From Octopus bimaculoides (lineage: Eukaryota), in contig NC_068989.1 of NCBI RefSeq assembly GCF_001194135.2, forward strand, positions 73,166,981 to 73,230,980: DNA of 64,000 nucleotides, in the 5' to 3' direction. Below the pieces are notes generated by a model. That model was not told the origin of the DNA. It saw only the letters and a list, made by a program, of their open reading frames with translations, and did no database searches. This document shows positions 63,481 through 64,000 of the stretch, piece by piece. A program made the position numbers and the translations under genes. How positions within the stretch are numbered: position 1 is the first letter of the stretch; each line of letters opens with the position of its first letter.

Positions 63481-64000
63481 GTGTGCATATAATCTGCTTT
63501 GTAGCTAACTTTTGCTGCTTGTAGAGTTGGGTCAAATTTTAGGTTTAGGCAAGTATTCTTTCTCTATCACTTCCCATTCAACTATGAAGTAAAAGAGGAA
63601 CATTTTATTCTTTCCTACAAAGAACAGTGAAACGAACAATAGAAACTGTTAAAAAAATTAGGAAAATTGGTTTGGTATGAGGAAGTAGAAAAGCCTTAAC
63701 ATTATGGAAAGAATTCTTCATTGGGGAGATATTGAGAAAGCTAATCTGTTCATTTGGTGCCATCAGAAACATTTGATATTAACAAATAAACCTGCTGCTT
63801 GAAATGTTATTCTACCTGATAATGCAAAGCAACACTAGTTTCTTCAAATTCTGTTTACAAGAAAAAGGTGCCTTGCTCAGAGGCAACACAATACAATGAC
63901 TAATAAATGTTGGCCTCATAACCATGTAATCAGTAGTATTCAAAGTAAAGCCCACAGTCACTGTATTCAAATTATCCATATCAGATACAAAGCGCTAAAC

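Noticed and set aside
44654-64000. Search by eye for MORN-repeat (YEGEW) exons here and PEX10 RING exons in 1-24600, prompted by human synteny
   Set aside because: None recognised; conserved synteny cannot be claimed from this window

Overview
AT-rich, gap-containing eukaryotic scaffold. The repeat repertoire (tRNA-derived SINEs, RTE-LINE 3' ends with (TGA)n tails, dense (AT)n/(CA)n/(AG)n microsatellites) points to an octopus (coleoid cephalopod) genome; this is inferred, not searched. One protein-coding gene is solidly supported: RER1 (ER-retrieval receptor) on the minus strand. Five coding exons were read by eye with canonical GT-AG borders (38434-38502, 34257-34361, 32132-32228, 29736-29817, 24673-24762). 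The conserved fifth coding exon is absent from the called sequence and most likely lies in the N-gap 26916-27752. The rest is mostly transposon remnants: Helitron helicase, two Tc1/mariner-superfamily elements (one DD37D/maT-like), Chapaev-like and possible Merlin-like fragments, several MITE families, CR1/RTE LINE ends and at least four SINE families. I found no convincing new biological system. The best leads are a ~430-bp SINE palindrome, inverted repeats in RER1 introns (possible ADAR or back-splicing substrates), a candidate 15-nt in-frame RER1 microexon, an RFX X-box/CCAAT region upstream of RER1 next to a degenerate coding-like duplication, and a Rieske-like fragment. Most long ORFs in the supplied track are artefacts of N-gaps and microsatellites. 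Repeat coordinates are approximate unless TIR/TSD bases are quoted.
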